Source of the DNA: Balanoglossus misakiensis
Taxonomy: Eukaryota > Animalia > Hemichordata
Length of the DNA stretch: 64,000 nucleotides
Assembly: GCA_040954595.2 (NCBI GenBank)
Contig: CM082585.2
Location: 5,915,808-5,979,807, forward strand
Reading direction: 5' to 3'
Of this stretch, positions 24,625 through 36,753 are shown in pieces. Position numbers and translations under genes: made by a program. The notes below the pieces were generated by a model. The model did not search any database. It saw only the letters and a program-made list of their open reading frames with translations, and was not told the DNA's origin. The stretch's first letter is position 1, and the number at the start of each line of letters is the position of its first letter.

Positions 24625-27614
24625 CTTCTCAAAGAAACAAGTTGGTCTTATTCCTTCATTTCTTTCAATAGAAAATATATGATCAATGTACTTTCAAATT
24701 AATTTGTGATGCCATTCAAACATCAAATAATCAATACACAATTGCAATAAATAACGATATTTATTCAGTAAAATATCAGCACACAATGGGGATTCGATTA
24801 ACTTATACAATTGTAAAGAGATCACACTTTCTTGAATATTGCAAAAAGAGGAGTAAATATTGTAAAAAATAGTGTTTCAGTATCAATCAGTACAATTCAC
24901 TTAGCTGCCATGAACCCTGCCAGACACATCTAACCAGGAAATGACAAATCTTTACCAAACAAGTCATGACAGCTTATATTTTACTTTGATCTAAAGAATG
25001 TCCATGAAAAATTGCGTCTTATTTGTTTACACTTGGTGTCTGATGCCAGGTGAATGTAGCTAAAAACAACAACAATATAAGCAAAATAATCTTCTCACGC
25101 ATGCACTAAGTACTGTATATAAATGTTAAGACAAAAAGAAACATCCAGATCTAGAAATCTTAAATCAATTGCAAAGATACAAAATGTAAATACACAATGC
25201 CCCACAGAAAGTCGACGTGGAGATAAAGTGTTTCACTGCACACAAAATTAATACGGAGTACTTTCATGTTCAGAATTAAATGTAATTAATATTGACAATA
25301 CTTGATTAATTTCTAATACATGCTTCTTCTTTATTTTCAATTATGATGTCGGCTAACACCGGACATATTGTACTGTATTGTAATGTATATGAGAGAGGTT
25401 TAAAATGCATATGTACAAGCTATGGCACAGTGACTAAAGGAAGGGATCTGTACACGTGCAAGATTTCTGTTCATAAACACCTCTTGGCAAAGGCCCAAAG
25501 TCTCAGCAGACCCTGCCAAGTTGTATCAAAGTATCCTGAGAATGTGATAAAAAGTAACAATTCACTGTTTGTCATGATTGTACAATGTGCTACAATGTAA
25601 CATTACATTGTTGGCAATGAAGTACATTGTAACAGTTCAATTTTGCTTCTATTGTGACTTGCTACAAGTTGCAACAATGTTCTATAGGAAGGACTCCCTC
25701 CCTTTAAGATCAGACAAAAGAGATGTGCTTGTTCTTTTACCCTTTACAAATCATTCAGTGGTCTTTACTTTGGCTGTCCACAAAAGAGGCCCGGACCATC
25801 CCTTATCAAACAAAGTACTTGTATGGGGCAATGCAGACGTGAACAAGCCAATCCCTACATTTGACTTTTTAATCAAACTGATATGGCCACATTAAACTTA
25901 AAGACTAAATGCAAAATGACATTTAATACCATTTAAAAAGTTTAATATACAAGAATTTAGCTATGCATAAAATTGGTATAAAATATTTCATTGAGTTGTA
26001 AAAAATTGGAAAACAAAGCACACATTTAATATTATGGCTACATATTAACAAATTGGTTTGTTGACATAATGCCTTCAAACAATTATTACCAAGAATTGGA
26101 AATTTGGGGATATTCACTGTTACGCGTGCCGGTAACAGAAAATAGTACACACATAATGAGCAAAGAAACTTTCTAATTTTAAATCAAAGTTTTTGATTTC
26201 TTGTCAACCTGCTGAAAAAATCTTTTACCATAAAAAAAGGTTAAGTGATAAATATTCTGACCCTGATATTTTTTAAGTCCTGGCTATCAAACATTTATGG
26301 CAGTACTTTTTTTTTTTGGGGGGGGGGGGAATTTATTTTGGTTTCTCAAAGAAAATTGATAACACTTTCCATTAATTATGCATCTTTTTCATGTTTTCAA
26401 AGTTTGACAATGGTAGATGAACTATTGTGCTCAGAACAAAAGTCAGTTGACAAATGGTTAGACACTCGCTAATGACAAATTGCCAACTTATGACTGATGA
26501 TTTGAAGACTTCAAAAAGTTACATTTTCTTGTATTTCAGACGTGTATAATAAAATGAAAGCTCTTCCGTGTATGATGATCAGATAATTGTGTATATTACA
26601 ATGTTCAAACCATGTTTCCAGAAAATGTAATCTTTTCTTGATGTATTTCAGTATTGTTGAAAAGCACCATATTGACATTTAGTATGTAGCCATGGATTAA
26701 AATAAGTACAGGAGTTATACTTTAAATGAACTGAATAAAAAAATTCATTTAAAAATCTTAAATATAATATTTGGAAATTACAAAAGCATGCAATAGTGAG
26801 ACCTATAGTATTTAAATAAGAATACAAACTGTGATAAAAGTCTATGTTAGATTGAAAACATCAAATCAGTTTGTTGCAAAACACAGACTTCAAAATAACA
26901 ATCTTTGTTGTGTTATGATCTTTACCATGGTGTTGTCCAAGTGTTACCATGGTGATGATCAAGATGTCTAGGTCTGATCTCATAATGACAGTGTTCTGTG
27001 AAGATATCAGTTCACAAGAGGGGGTCTTATTTAATCCCTGTAAATTCTACAAAGACCATATAAATATGTAAATTCCAGATGACCCTGCACAATATTCAAC
27101 ATTAATATTTATCAGCTGCCAAAGCATCCTGTGACACGGATTGCATCATCACATTTCTGATGAAATATCTCTTCATAAAATTCACCCTTCCACCCCATTT
27201 GTCAATCATGGAAAACACTGGCCTATTAGATGTATGTGCCAGATAAGATAGGCAGACACACATTGCATGTACTGTTATATTTTCATTTTTCTTAAAACCG
27301 AAGGACAGGCATATGGCAATAAGGCATCCTGCAACTTTGAGCATGGCAGTGTTGCAGGTTACTGAGATGTACATAGTTTATATCCTGTGGGTGTAAATCC
27401 ATCTGTGGATATACACAGTACACTGCTGATGTCAACAGACTGTTTTGTGTTGTTGGCAGTCACTGAGAAACGCTTGGGTATTTGGGAGAATTGCTTTGCC
27501 ATTTAGTCTACCAAACAACCATACAACAGTGGCTTGTGTCTGCACGCCAGTGAACAGCTGGCAGCCACAAAAGAGAAGTGATTTGAAGACTGACGCGAGT
27601 CTCACCGTCACTTC

Positions 27615-27808
27615 TTAAAGGTATACGGTCACCTATGGAAATTTGTCTATAGTTACCATGGCAAATTGAGATCCAGCCAATCACAGATTTTCAGTGGGTG
27701 GCACACGCGAAAAAAAAGAGCGACACCATATGTTCTCTAGAACGCTCAAATACGCCATTTCAGCCATATATGGGCGTATGTAAATTGGAGGTGACCGTAT
27801 ACCTTTAA
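27615..27808. mobile_element. TTAA-flanked MITE with AGG...CCT termini (Kolobok-like), inserted at the Kelch gene stop codon
   Basis: TTAA-AGGTATACGGTCACCT ... AGGTGACCGTATACCT-TTAA perfect terminal inverted repeats. A diverged copy lies at ~39336-39511. Confidence 0.8.
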
Positions 27809-30036
27809 TTCGGTATGTACTTGTGGATAGTGACGCACCCATGCTCGCACAGCGGCAACGGCATGATGGCCACGCGAATCCACATGTCGACCTCCGGGTC
27901 GTAGCATTCCACGTAGGAGATGTTGATTCCGGCGTCCAGCCTGCTGCCTCCGGAGATCCATATCTTGTCGGCTACCGTGGTGATGCCGTAGGAATGGAGA
28001 TATTTCCCCTCGGGCATGAGTTTGCCGTGGAAGCGATCGTGGGATATGGGATCGTACGCGATGATGTGGTTATCGAACCCCCGGTAGATCATGTAGTACA
28101 CAAAGTTCTTCAATATGACGGCGTTTTCGATGCCATCGCCGTACAGACGGTGTGTACTGGGAATCTGAGTCCAGATGTTGGTGTGGGGGTCGAAGCAGTG
28201 AATCAAATCGGGATCTCGGAAGAAATATCCCATGATGTACAGCTTCCCGTTCATTGGGGTCACGATGGGCCTCTCCACGAAATTCCCTTTGATCCTACCG
28301 ATGGTCGACCAGATGTTCAACTGCGGATCGTATCGTTCCACCTCGTTGAACTTTTTGGACCACCCGATTTTGCCGCCCACCACGTAGATTTTCCCGTCCA
28401 GCACCGCCGACCCGTGGCCGTGGCGCGGCTTGTTCAGACTGGCCACCTGGAACCACTTGTCCAGGATGGAGTCGTACTTCCACACGTCGGAGAGCGTCTC
28501 CGACAGGTGCGCCGCCTGGTTTTCCGCCTGGCCGCCGATCACGTAGATGTCGTTCTTGACGGCGACGCACTGGAAGCGCTGGTTGCGACCGGGGAAGGGC
28601 GCAAGCTCGATCCAGGCGCCGTTCTCCGGGTTGTAGCAGCGCACGTTGCGCACCCACTGCTGGTTGTCCGTGAACCCGCCCACGACCACCATCACCTCCT
28701 TCTTCATGGAGAACCTCAACTTCATCCGCACGTCGTCGACCTTGTCGCCCCGGCACGCCGCCAGCTTCATCTTCTTGGCCTCGTCGACCACCACCACGGC
28801 AGACGGCCAGCGTTTGAGCAGCGAATCCGATTCGATGAACCGGCTCGTGTACGCCGCGTCGATCAGCGGCAGCCGTATCTTCTGGACCAACTCGCAGAGG
28901 TGGTACAGGCGCTCTTCCTTGTCGTGGTGGACCCACTGCATCACCGCCTCGTACACCTGCTCCTCCTTCTTCACGTTGAGGTCGTCGCTCTCGATCAGCC
29001 TGCCCAGCAAATCTGCCGACATCTCGTTGAACTCCTCGTGCTCCCTCGCGCGGAGGAAGTTGGCCAGGCTGAATCGGAGCGCCTCTTGGTGGAGCTCCCG
29101 GCATCCGATGTCCTGACCGAACTGCAGCATTCCGAGGCAGTTAGACGGATGGAGCTCGGCTGTCATGAACTCCGAGCAGGCCACCATCGCCGACTTGTGG
29201 TGCAGGAAGCTGGCGGTGGCCATCATCTCCTGGGCGTCGGTGGTGCCGATGGTCAGTTTGCCGGAGTACGTGTAGTTGATCAATGCCCTCACGATGCTGG
29301 GATGCAGGCCGTTCAGAACGATGCAGCCCTCTTCCGTCTCCCGCATCTTGCTCGAAAACATGGCCTTGAAGTAGGCGCTGCTGGCCGCCAGCACGACCTT
29401 GTGACACGGAAAGCACTCGTCCGAGACCTTTATGACGACGTCGATGAATTCGCCGTCCATGCGCAGTCGGTTCAGCGCCTTCAGTATGTCCGAGGCGAAG
29501 TTGTACTGTTTGAAGTCTTCCTCGGCCGAATCGAGCGCCATGATTTTCTGTCGCAGAACAAAGTCGCTCACCGCGCTCTCGACGACCCTGCCTCCGAACG
29601 CTTTCTGGTTGAAACACGCCAGCAGCAAGAGCTGCGAGGTCTCCTCGCTGATGGTCACCGTGCCCGTGTACACGTAGCTGACGACCTGCTGCACGACACC
29701 GAGCCCCAGCTGGCGTTCCTCCAGCTGCTGGGGGCGCCCTCCCGTCCCTCCTTGGTCGCCGTCTTCCCCGGCGAGGACCTCTTTGTAGTACGGACTCCCA
29801 GCTGCGAGTACGGCCCTGTGACACGGGTAGCTGTTCCCACCAACCTGGACGTGGAGATCGATCAAGTCCAGTTCGGCTCTTATCTCGGCCAGCGCGGTGA
29901 GCAGGTGGCTGGCGTGTTGGCTTTGTCTGTAAATGTCCATATGATCTGGCGACACCTCGGAGGGGGAGTCCATCTGGCTACTGCCAAAGAAAGTGGAATC
30001 GGGCGACGTACTGTAAATATCTCCTCCTGTTGCCAT
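27805..30036 (-). CDS. Kelch-like protein with tandem BTB domains (BTB-BTB-BACK-Kelch repeats), single coding exon, 743 aa
   Basis: Two BTB motifs (YPCHRAVLAAGSPYY and FPCHKVVLAASSAYFKAMFS); BACK region (ELHPSNCLG, LNVKKEEQVYEAVMQWV); kelch repeats with GG..Y/W (IYVIGG, IYVVGG, VERYDPQLNIW). Confidence 0.93.
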   Translation of the reverse strand: MATGGDIYSTSPDSTFFGSSQMDSPSEVSPDHMDIYRQSQHASHLLTALAEIRAELDLIDLHVQVGGNSYPCHRAVLAAGSPYYKEVLAGEDGDQGGTGGRPQQLEERQLGLGVVQQVVSYVYTGTVTISEETSQLLLLACFNQKAFGGRVVESAVSDFVLRQKIMALDSAEEDFKQYNFASDILKALNRLRMDGEFIDVVIKVSDECFPCHKVVLAASSAYFKAMFSSKMRETEEGCIVLNGLHPSIVRALINYTYSGKLTIGTTDAQEMMATASFLHHKSAMVACSEFMTAELHPSNCLGMLQFGQDIGCRELHQEALRFSLANFLRAREHEEFNEMSADLLGRLIESDDLNVKKEEQVYEAVMQWVHHDKEERLYHLCELVQKIRLPLIDAAYTSRFIESDSLLKRWPSAVVVVDEAKKMKLAACRGDKVDDVRMKLRFSMKKEVMVVVGGFTDNQQWVRNVRCYNPENGAWIELAPFPGRNQRFQCVAVKNDIYVIGGQAENQAAHLSETLSDVWKYDSILDKWFQVASLNKPRHGHGSAVLDGKIYVVGGKIGWSKKFNEVERYDPQLNIWSTIGRIKGNFVERPIVTPMNGKLYIMGYFFRDPDLIHCFDPHTNIWTQIPSTHRLYGDGIENAVILKNFVYYMIYRGFDNHIIAYDPISHDRFHGKLMPEGKYLHSYGITTVADKIWISGGSRLDAGINISYVECYDPEVDMWIRVAIMPLPLCEHGCVTIHKYIPN

Positions 30037-33000
30037 GGTAACGGTTTTAGTCTGAAAAATATTTAGAGAGGCTATATATGGAATTACATGTGTATCATCG
30101 TATATGATGCATCATTATTAATAATTGAGGCATTTTCACTCATTGCAGTCTATCATCACTTTTGTCAGAGTTTAAAGATCCACTTTGAGCCTATATGCTG
30201 TCATTGATGTGTCAATACAAAACGCACACATAAACAATTCAGTTCAATGTTGGGTTGGCATATCTGTCCTACCTTTTGCTCAATTTGTAAGAAAACTCCA
30301 GGTGAGTACCGTTCCTTGGTTTAAACAGCTCTGAAATCTTCAAATCACCCGCGTCATTCCAGAATAACAGCTGAATGACAAATCTGGCTGGACAAGGGTC
30401 AAAACCAGGACGAGGCCCTCAAATCACCACCACAGATAAGATGCAGCTATGAAGTATTCTACAGTTGGCTTTTTTACAACTCAGTCCTATCTGAAATTGA
30501 GAAGAACATTTGTTGGTTATCAAATCTTTACTAATACAAGAGTCTCAATACAAGATATTAATACCACAACAGTCCCAGCAGCCAGGGTTACAGGCTTACA
30601 GCATCAGTCTACTTTAGCATAAAAGTGTGGCCCGTCAATATATAGTGTATGTATGTAAGTATACATGTACATTGCAAACAACAGTCGACGTGTACTGAAC
30701 ATATTCACTGGTAATGTGATCAGGAATCCAGTCTTGTGGTTGCGATTGCAGTGTTTTTAGAGTCATTGGATCATGAGTATGTCCTTGATCGCATGGCATG
30801 TGTTGAATTTCGAAACCACTCGCAATCTTTCACCAAAATCCATTATCTCTTCAAATATGTGAACGTCTTAGCGTTTCTTTTGTTGTTAAATTTCACCCAA
30901 GGTCATGTCCTTAGAGGCTAAGAATGGTCGACCTACTGTATTGTGCAGTTCACACCACACACTGTCGGACGTGTGCACGCTTCGCAGTTGTTTTGTTTGC
31001 TACGCCACAACCCGCGTTCGATTTCACAATAAATATGGCCTGGCCTCGTAGCCTACATAACAACGCAACAAGTCACGCTGGCATCTGGGGTGAAATATTT
31101 TACTACGCAACGCGAGTGCGACCAGCGACTGAACGTCTGAACCAGATAAAAACAGAAATGGGTTTCGGAGTGTGTCAAAAATCAACCGTGTTTACCTTCT
31201 CCAAATTCTGCAGCAGGGAAGACTTGTTCTTGCTTATTCGATCGGTCATCAAAATACAAGCAAGACCTCCGCATATATCTCACAAGATGATGACAAAGCA
31301 TCATATGATGAAGTTAAAACAGTGATGACCCACACAGCTGCACCGATCACGGACACAACTTTTGTTGATGTCTGAAAGCGAGGCTCGAAGACTACCTAAC
31401 TGGAAGAGTAAATTTCATTAGGCATCCTTATGTTGATGTACTGTAAATATGAACGCATATTTCGTGAGATCATAAATTCTAGACAGTAGAAAACAACTTT
31501 TCTAACCTCTACATTGAAGCAACTTTGTAGTTTTCTGCTATAAAAAGGCGATGGAAGTATTTGTAAAACCAATAAAATAGAGTTTTGTCCCTACACATAA
31601 TGAAGCCCATAGACTTGGAGCAAGTCTAAGGTAACCCCTGGTTCAGTTCAACAAATTTTAGAAGCAAAGTTCAGGACGTGTTGTCAAAGCACAGAAAGTT
31701 TCTGACAGCACACATGGTATTTTAATGATTGATTATTGGGAGAAACAGGAGCTGCCAGTAAAATACTGAAGACATTTTGATGGTGATTTGGCGAAAAAAT
31801 ATGAGACTGAGTCATCCTGATTTCCTCCCATATGGTATGTGTGTGACTGCAATGGTTTGTGCTAGACTGCACATCAGTGTAGGCATGTTCTCTGAGATTT
31901 GAGACTGCCTATTCAGTTTTCGACACTGAACAAACAAACACTTGATGCAGTTAGTCACACACCGCGTCTTTAAAGTTTATGCATCGACCTTTATTAGTTT
32001 TATATTATTTAGATGACTTGTACAATATTGTTACTTCGCAGATTTTAAAAATACTTCAGACCTATTTCATTTTATTACAATTGATTTTTTTTCTAAAGTG
32101 AACATAATTACTGATAGTTGTAGATTTAATAATACCACCAAATGTACCATTGTGAGTCATCATTTAAATATCTGAACGCTTGGTTCTTCACCTCCATGTA
32201 CCATCATAATGTACTGCATCACGAGTTGCATGATTCACTGGCAGACTGCCATGTATTAAATATGGGTTTCCCTTTTTAAAGTCAATTCGACATTTTAAAA
32301 TCATTGCTTTGCAGGAGCCCTATGCGTAGTACATATGTATATACGGAAAAAAATCATCCGTCGAAATCTAGTCAGTGGTGATTTTTTCGCGATCTAAATT
32401 CAAAAGAAAAGTGAGCTCAGTGCCCAAGTGATAAATGATCGCCCTCAATTAGACGAGAGAGGAATCCCATCACATGCGTTAAAGGAAGAGTCTATCAAGA
32501 CCATAGGGGGCGCTCTATAGTCCATGATCTAAACACACACATCAAATTCAGAACCACAGCCATGATATTTCACTGAATTGGCTTTATTGAACACATGTAA
32601 TTTCCCCTGTTTGTCCACATAGCCGATTTGATGTACTTTTTTCAATGGTGAAATTTGGCAGTGTGGATACTGACAGATCTTCGACAAGTGTTCGTTAGAA
32701 ACTACACTGAATCAAAGCATCGCAGACTGGCACTTTTTTGCAACGAATGATATGACAAAAATAGTATAGCTTACAAAACATATATGAACATTCATTGAAT
32801 ATAATACAGGTAATTTATGTCGAAAAAGTCTTCAAGCGTACTGGATTCTATATTTGTCTTAATTGGAACAAACAGTATTTCCTAAACATGATTTTGCCAT
32901 GAGTGCAATCAATAAGTATACTCAGTATATTCAGAGATGGCTTATGTCCAGTTCTGGGCATAGAGTGGTCAGACACACATTGAAATACTGAGACGACAGT

Positions 33001-33502
33001 CATCATCCTCACAGAAGTTGTGGTTGGTCAAAATAAACATGTTCTTATAATTCCATTTCTACTGCGTATATCGATAGTTTGGCAATACAATACACTGCAG
33101 TTGACACACAGAAGAAAAAAGAAATCTGAAAAAAGAAGTTACACTACTCTCTATATTTAAAAGCTATTTACAATGTACTCAGTTTATTCTAAATGCTGCA
33201 AAGATGTAAAATGTTGAGTCATTCAAAGAGATCAATATCTTCACATCACAAGAAGTTTATAAGATGGTTTGAGATTAAATGTTGGACAGATAACTGATGA
33301 AAACTGACTGAATAGCTCTGCGTCGATGCATAGCAAGCGAATCAACACTCTGAAATGAAAAAATAATGTACAGGTGTATTTTGAATAAATTAGCATAATA
33401 AAATGTGCATTGTAAGGTATGTTTATACATGTGTTGTACGGTGGGTTAAAAACATGTAAGGTGGGCATATACATGGGGGGTGTTTGTCACTTTCTGTGTC
33501 TG

Positions 33503-33620
33503 TACGGTGGGTGGTCACTTGGGGAGGGGCAGTCTGTCAGGTGGGTGGTCACATGGGGAGAGACAGGCTGTCAGGTGGGGGGTCATTGGGGAGAGGCAGT
33601 CTGTCATGTGGGAGGGGGGC
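33503..33620. repeat. G-rich ~34-bp tandem repeat (~3 copies) downstream of the RYK stop
   Basis: Repeated GGTGGGTGGTCAC(A/T)TGGGGAG(A/G)GGCAGTCTGTCA-like units. Confidence 0.7.
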
Positions 33621-35323
33621 ACAAAAGCTGACTATTCTGTAATACTTGTGTGCATGTTCAAATGGCTTCCCTGTAGGTTGGATTCGAGTAGACAGGGAGG
33701 ATGAGCGAGCTGGGTCTGGTGTATACATCATGTCTGGTGTAATTACACATAAGTGTGTGGGTGTGCGCCTTGATTTGATACTGGCTGTATGTGGATGATG
33801 TATAGTGCGTGATAAATTGAACAAGTGCAGTAAGACTGATATAAAGATGATGTACATATAAGGTGTATTGTAACGGTGGTAACTGCCAGTCGATGAAGAC
33901 ATAAACTAAATGAATCCCCCAAATATCAATGGACGTGTGTGTGTGTCAGTGTGTGTGTGTGTATGTTATGCATTGTAAAAATACAGAATCTTAAAGATGA
34001 GAACATGAGACAGTACGGTGGGAGTTTAAACAATAAGACGGATGGAAACGTACGGTGGGTAGTCAAAGACATACTGGCCAGGACTAACATTAAACGATAA
34101 AATTAACGGTGGGAGTCGACATCTGAACTTGCACTTCAAGGATTTATACACACAGATGCGGGTGTGAAGTTTGTCTACCTTAAAATTTAGTACAGGTTGT
34201 CATGCGAACCAGCATAGCAACAACATTCACTTGGTTGTATACACAAAACATGTACCAGTTATATCAACACAAGTTATAAATGTCGTTTCAGCTACTCTTA
34301 GTAAAGAATTACAATACGAGAAAAAAACAGAATATTTGGCACAAAATATTTTTAAAAGTATTTTCTTATTTACAAAAGGCGGCCGTCAAAAAGTACGCCA
34401 GTTATTTTCTGAAAATGGGTAAGATGAACACCAGTGCATTGCTGGAGGTGACACTATGCAAGATTTTATTTTCATATTTTAAAATGATTTTCGATATGTC
34501 CAGTTGGGCACCACATCTTAGTGAAATAATCCACGGACTTCAATTAACGTTTACTAATGAATGCAAAGTTCTCAGTTACAGGTAATGTGTGTGCCTGTGT
34601 TTTTTTTACCAAGTCTCAAGGACATGGCTTGCCTACAAACGAAACTAAGGTCAAGACTTTGTTTTATCATCAAAGTTACATGGAGCCTAAGGTGCATTAG
34701 TTGAAAGGTGGCATATGGTTATGTATATGTCTGCAATGCTGCCAACATCCAAGTTATCGGAGATCAGCACTATACTTACGTATCTACACATATCAGAATC
34801 TACTGGCTTTGTCTTTTGCCTTTATGCTTTTTATACTTGCACAGCAATTCCTTGCGTTCCAGTGACATAACCCGACCCATATGGTCTTTCAAAGTCAAAC
34901 TGGAGATCTGAAATTTCTCCTTTGACATAGATCTATAGACTACGAACACAAGTGTTTCTGTTTTGGGGGCTTGTGTGAAAGCTGTACGTCATGTGATGTG
35001 CTGGAATTCTCATAGAAACAACTGAACTCTTAATAAATCACCATAATACACTGATGACAAATCAGTGAAAATCAGCAAATCATAAATGGAACAAAAAAAA
35101 TTCAGGTCACTTGACCCTGCGGGTGGTTACATGAGTTCATTGATTCCAAGGGTAAATAGACTATATGTAGAGTGATTTTTGTGTCAATTAGAATTTGTAC
35201 ACTGTGTGACACTGGCCTCACTCTGTCCCCACTGTCCAAGTTCACGAAATACAGAGTCGAGTTTTCGTCAAATGTTAAGTACGGTAGATCACAAGTGGAT
35301 GGGCGACGCAGCTCGCATCACCT

Positions 35324-36708
35324 TTAGATGTAAATGCCAAGCGCTCTGTGGAAATCATTCAGGATGGTTGTCAGGTGGGTAAATTTGGGTCTGTCGTCTG
35401 GAGATAACGCCCAACAACACGCCATCACGGAAAACCTGTCAGGAAAGGAAAAAGAAAGAAAGAAAGAAAGGAAGAAAGGAATGAAATTAGCTGTAATGAC
35501 ATTAACACTTTTTTGCACAAGCATGGAAGTACCTGACTATGATGACATGAAAATAAACACTATAAGCAACACCCAAACTACACCTTAAAGGGACATAGCT
35601 GGTACTTTTGGGGAGTTTTTTCAGCATTTTGATTCTGAATATATACCAATTTCTGGCTTCATTCCCTGTGGTGTGCTATAATATCGTGTGTTCTACTGGT
35701 CAACATAGCCTGTATGTGTAGCAACAATTGATAGTACAGTCGAACCTGTCTATAGTGGCCAGTCAAGGGACTTTTCTAAACTGGCCTTTATATGCAGATC
35801 AATTAATGTGATTGTTATTCTACAGGGAGTGTATCAAGCGGCCATTATATAGAGGTGGCCACTAACACAGGTTAGACAGAAACTGGAGTCCAATGCACTT
35901 ACAATTCATCAGGACAGTTGGCTGGCTGTGCCATTCGGTAGCCATTCTTCAAGTAAGACGCCATTTCAAAAGGGTCAACATCCGCGTACGGCGTCTGTCC
36001 CAGCGTCATCAGCTCCCAGAGTGTCACACCGTACGACCACTGTGAACAAAATACGCCAATCACCATTAGTCATTACACAGTGCGAGTAGTATGTACAACA
36101 AGAAAGAACCCAATTCTAAACTCAAATACTGTTGTACGATATTGAACTTCTTTGTTCAGTACATGTCATTTTATAAAAACAAAACTATCAATTGATGAGT
36201 TTCTGGCCTGAATGAATTGTTCTTAAATTCAAAGGTTACTTATTAAACATAGCAGCAGAATGCAGTTTGAGCATTTCTGACTCATTTCAAATGTTTTTTT
36301 AAGATCACAATTTTAAAATCACTGTTGTAACTGAAAAATAATCTATGTACCATTCTGTGTAAAACCATGTTGTTAATGTACTGGTGTACACTTCATTTCT
36401 TTCTTTCTTTCCTTAAATAATTATTTTCGTCACATTACAATAAATTACCGGAAGCAAGAAAATGCCTGCCATGCAAGGAATTGAAGCAGATGAGAACAAA
36501 ATGGTGGATTTTTACAGAACTGGTTGCCTAGGTAATTGTAACACTTACCACATCGCTAGCATGGTAGTATTTCTTTTCAATGAGACTTTCAATGGCTAAC
36601 CACTTGACTGGTCTGTTTTCATTGTCGCCCAGGCATGTGTAGTCTTGAGGAAACAAATCGCGGGCTAACGCATTGTCTGTTATCCTCACGTTGTAATCTT
36701 CATCAATT

Positions 36709-36753
<45 letters not shown>

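Noticed and set aside
27823-30066. 747-aa ORF antisense to the Kelch gene, and other overlapping ORFs there
   Set aside because: It mirrors the GC-rich Kelch CDS codon for codon. Stop avoidance on the antisense strand is expected from that codon bias, and it has no recognisable domain.
36549-36707. Kinase lacking DFG, suggesting a pseudogene or novel kinase
   Set aside because: DNA in place of DFG is the established hallmark of RYK-family pseudokinases.
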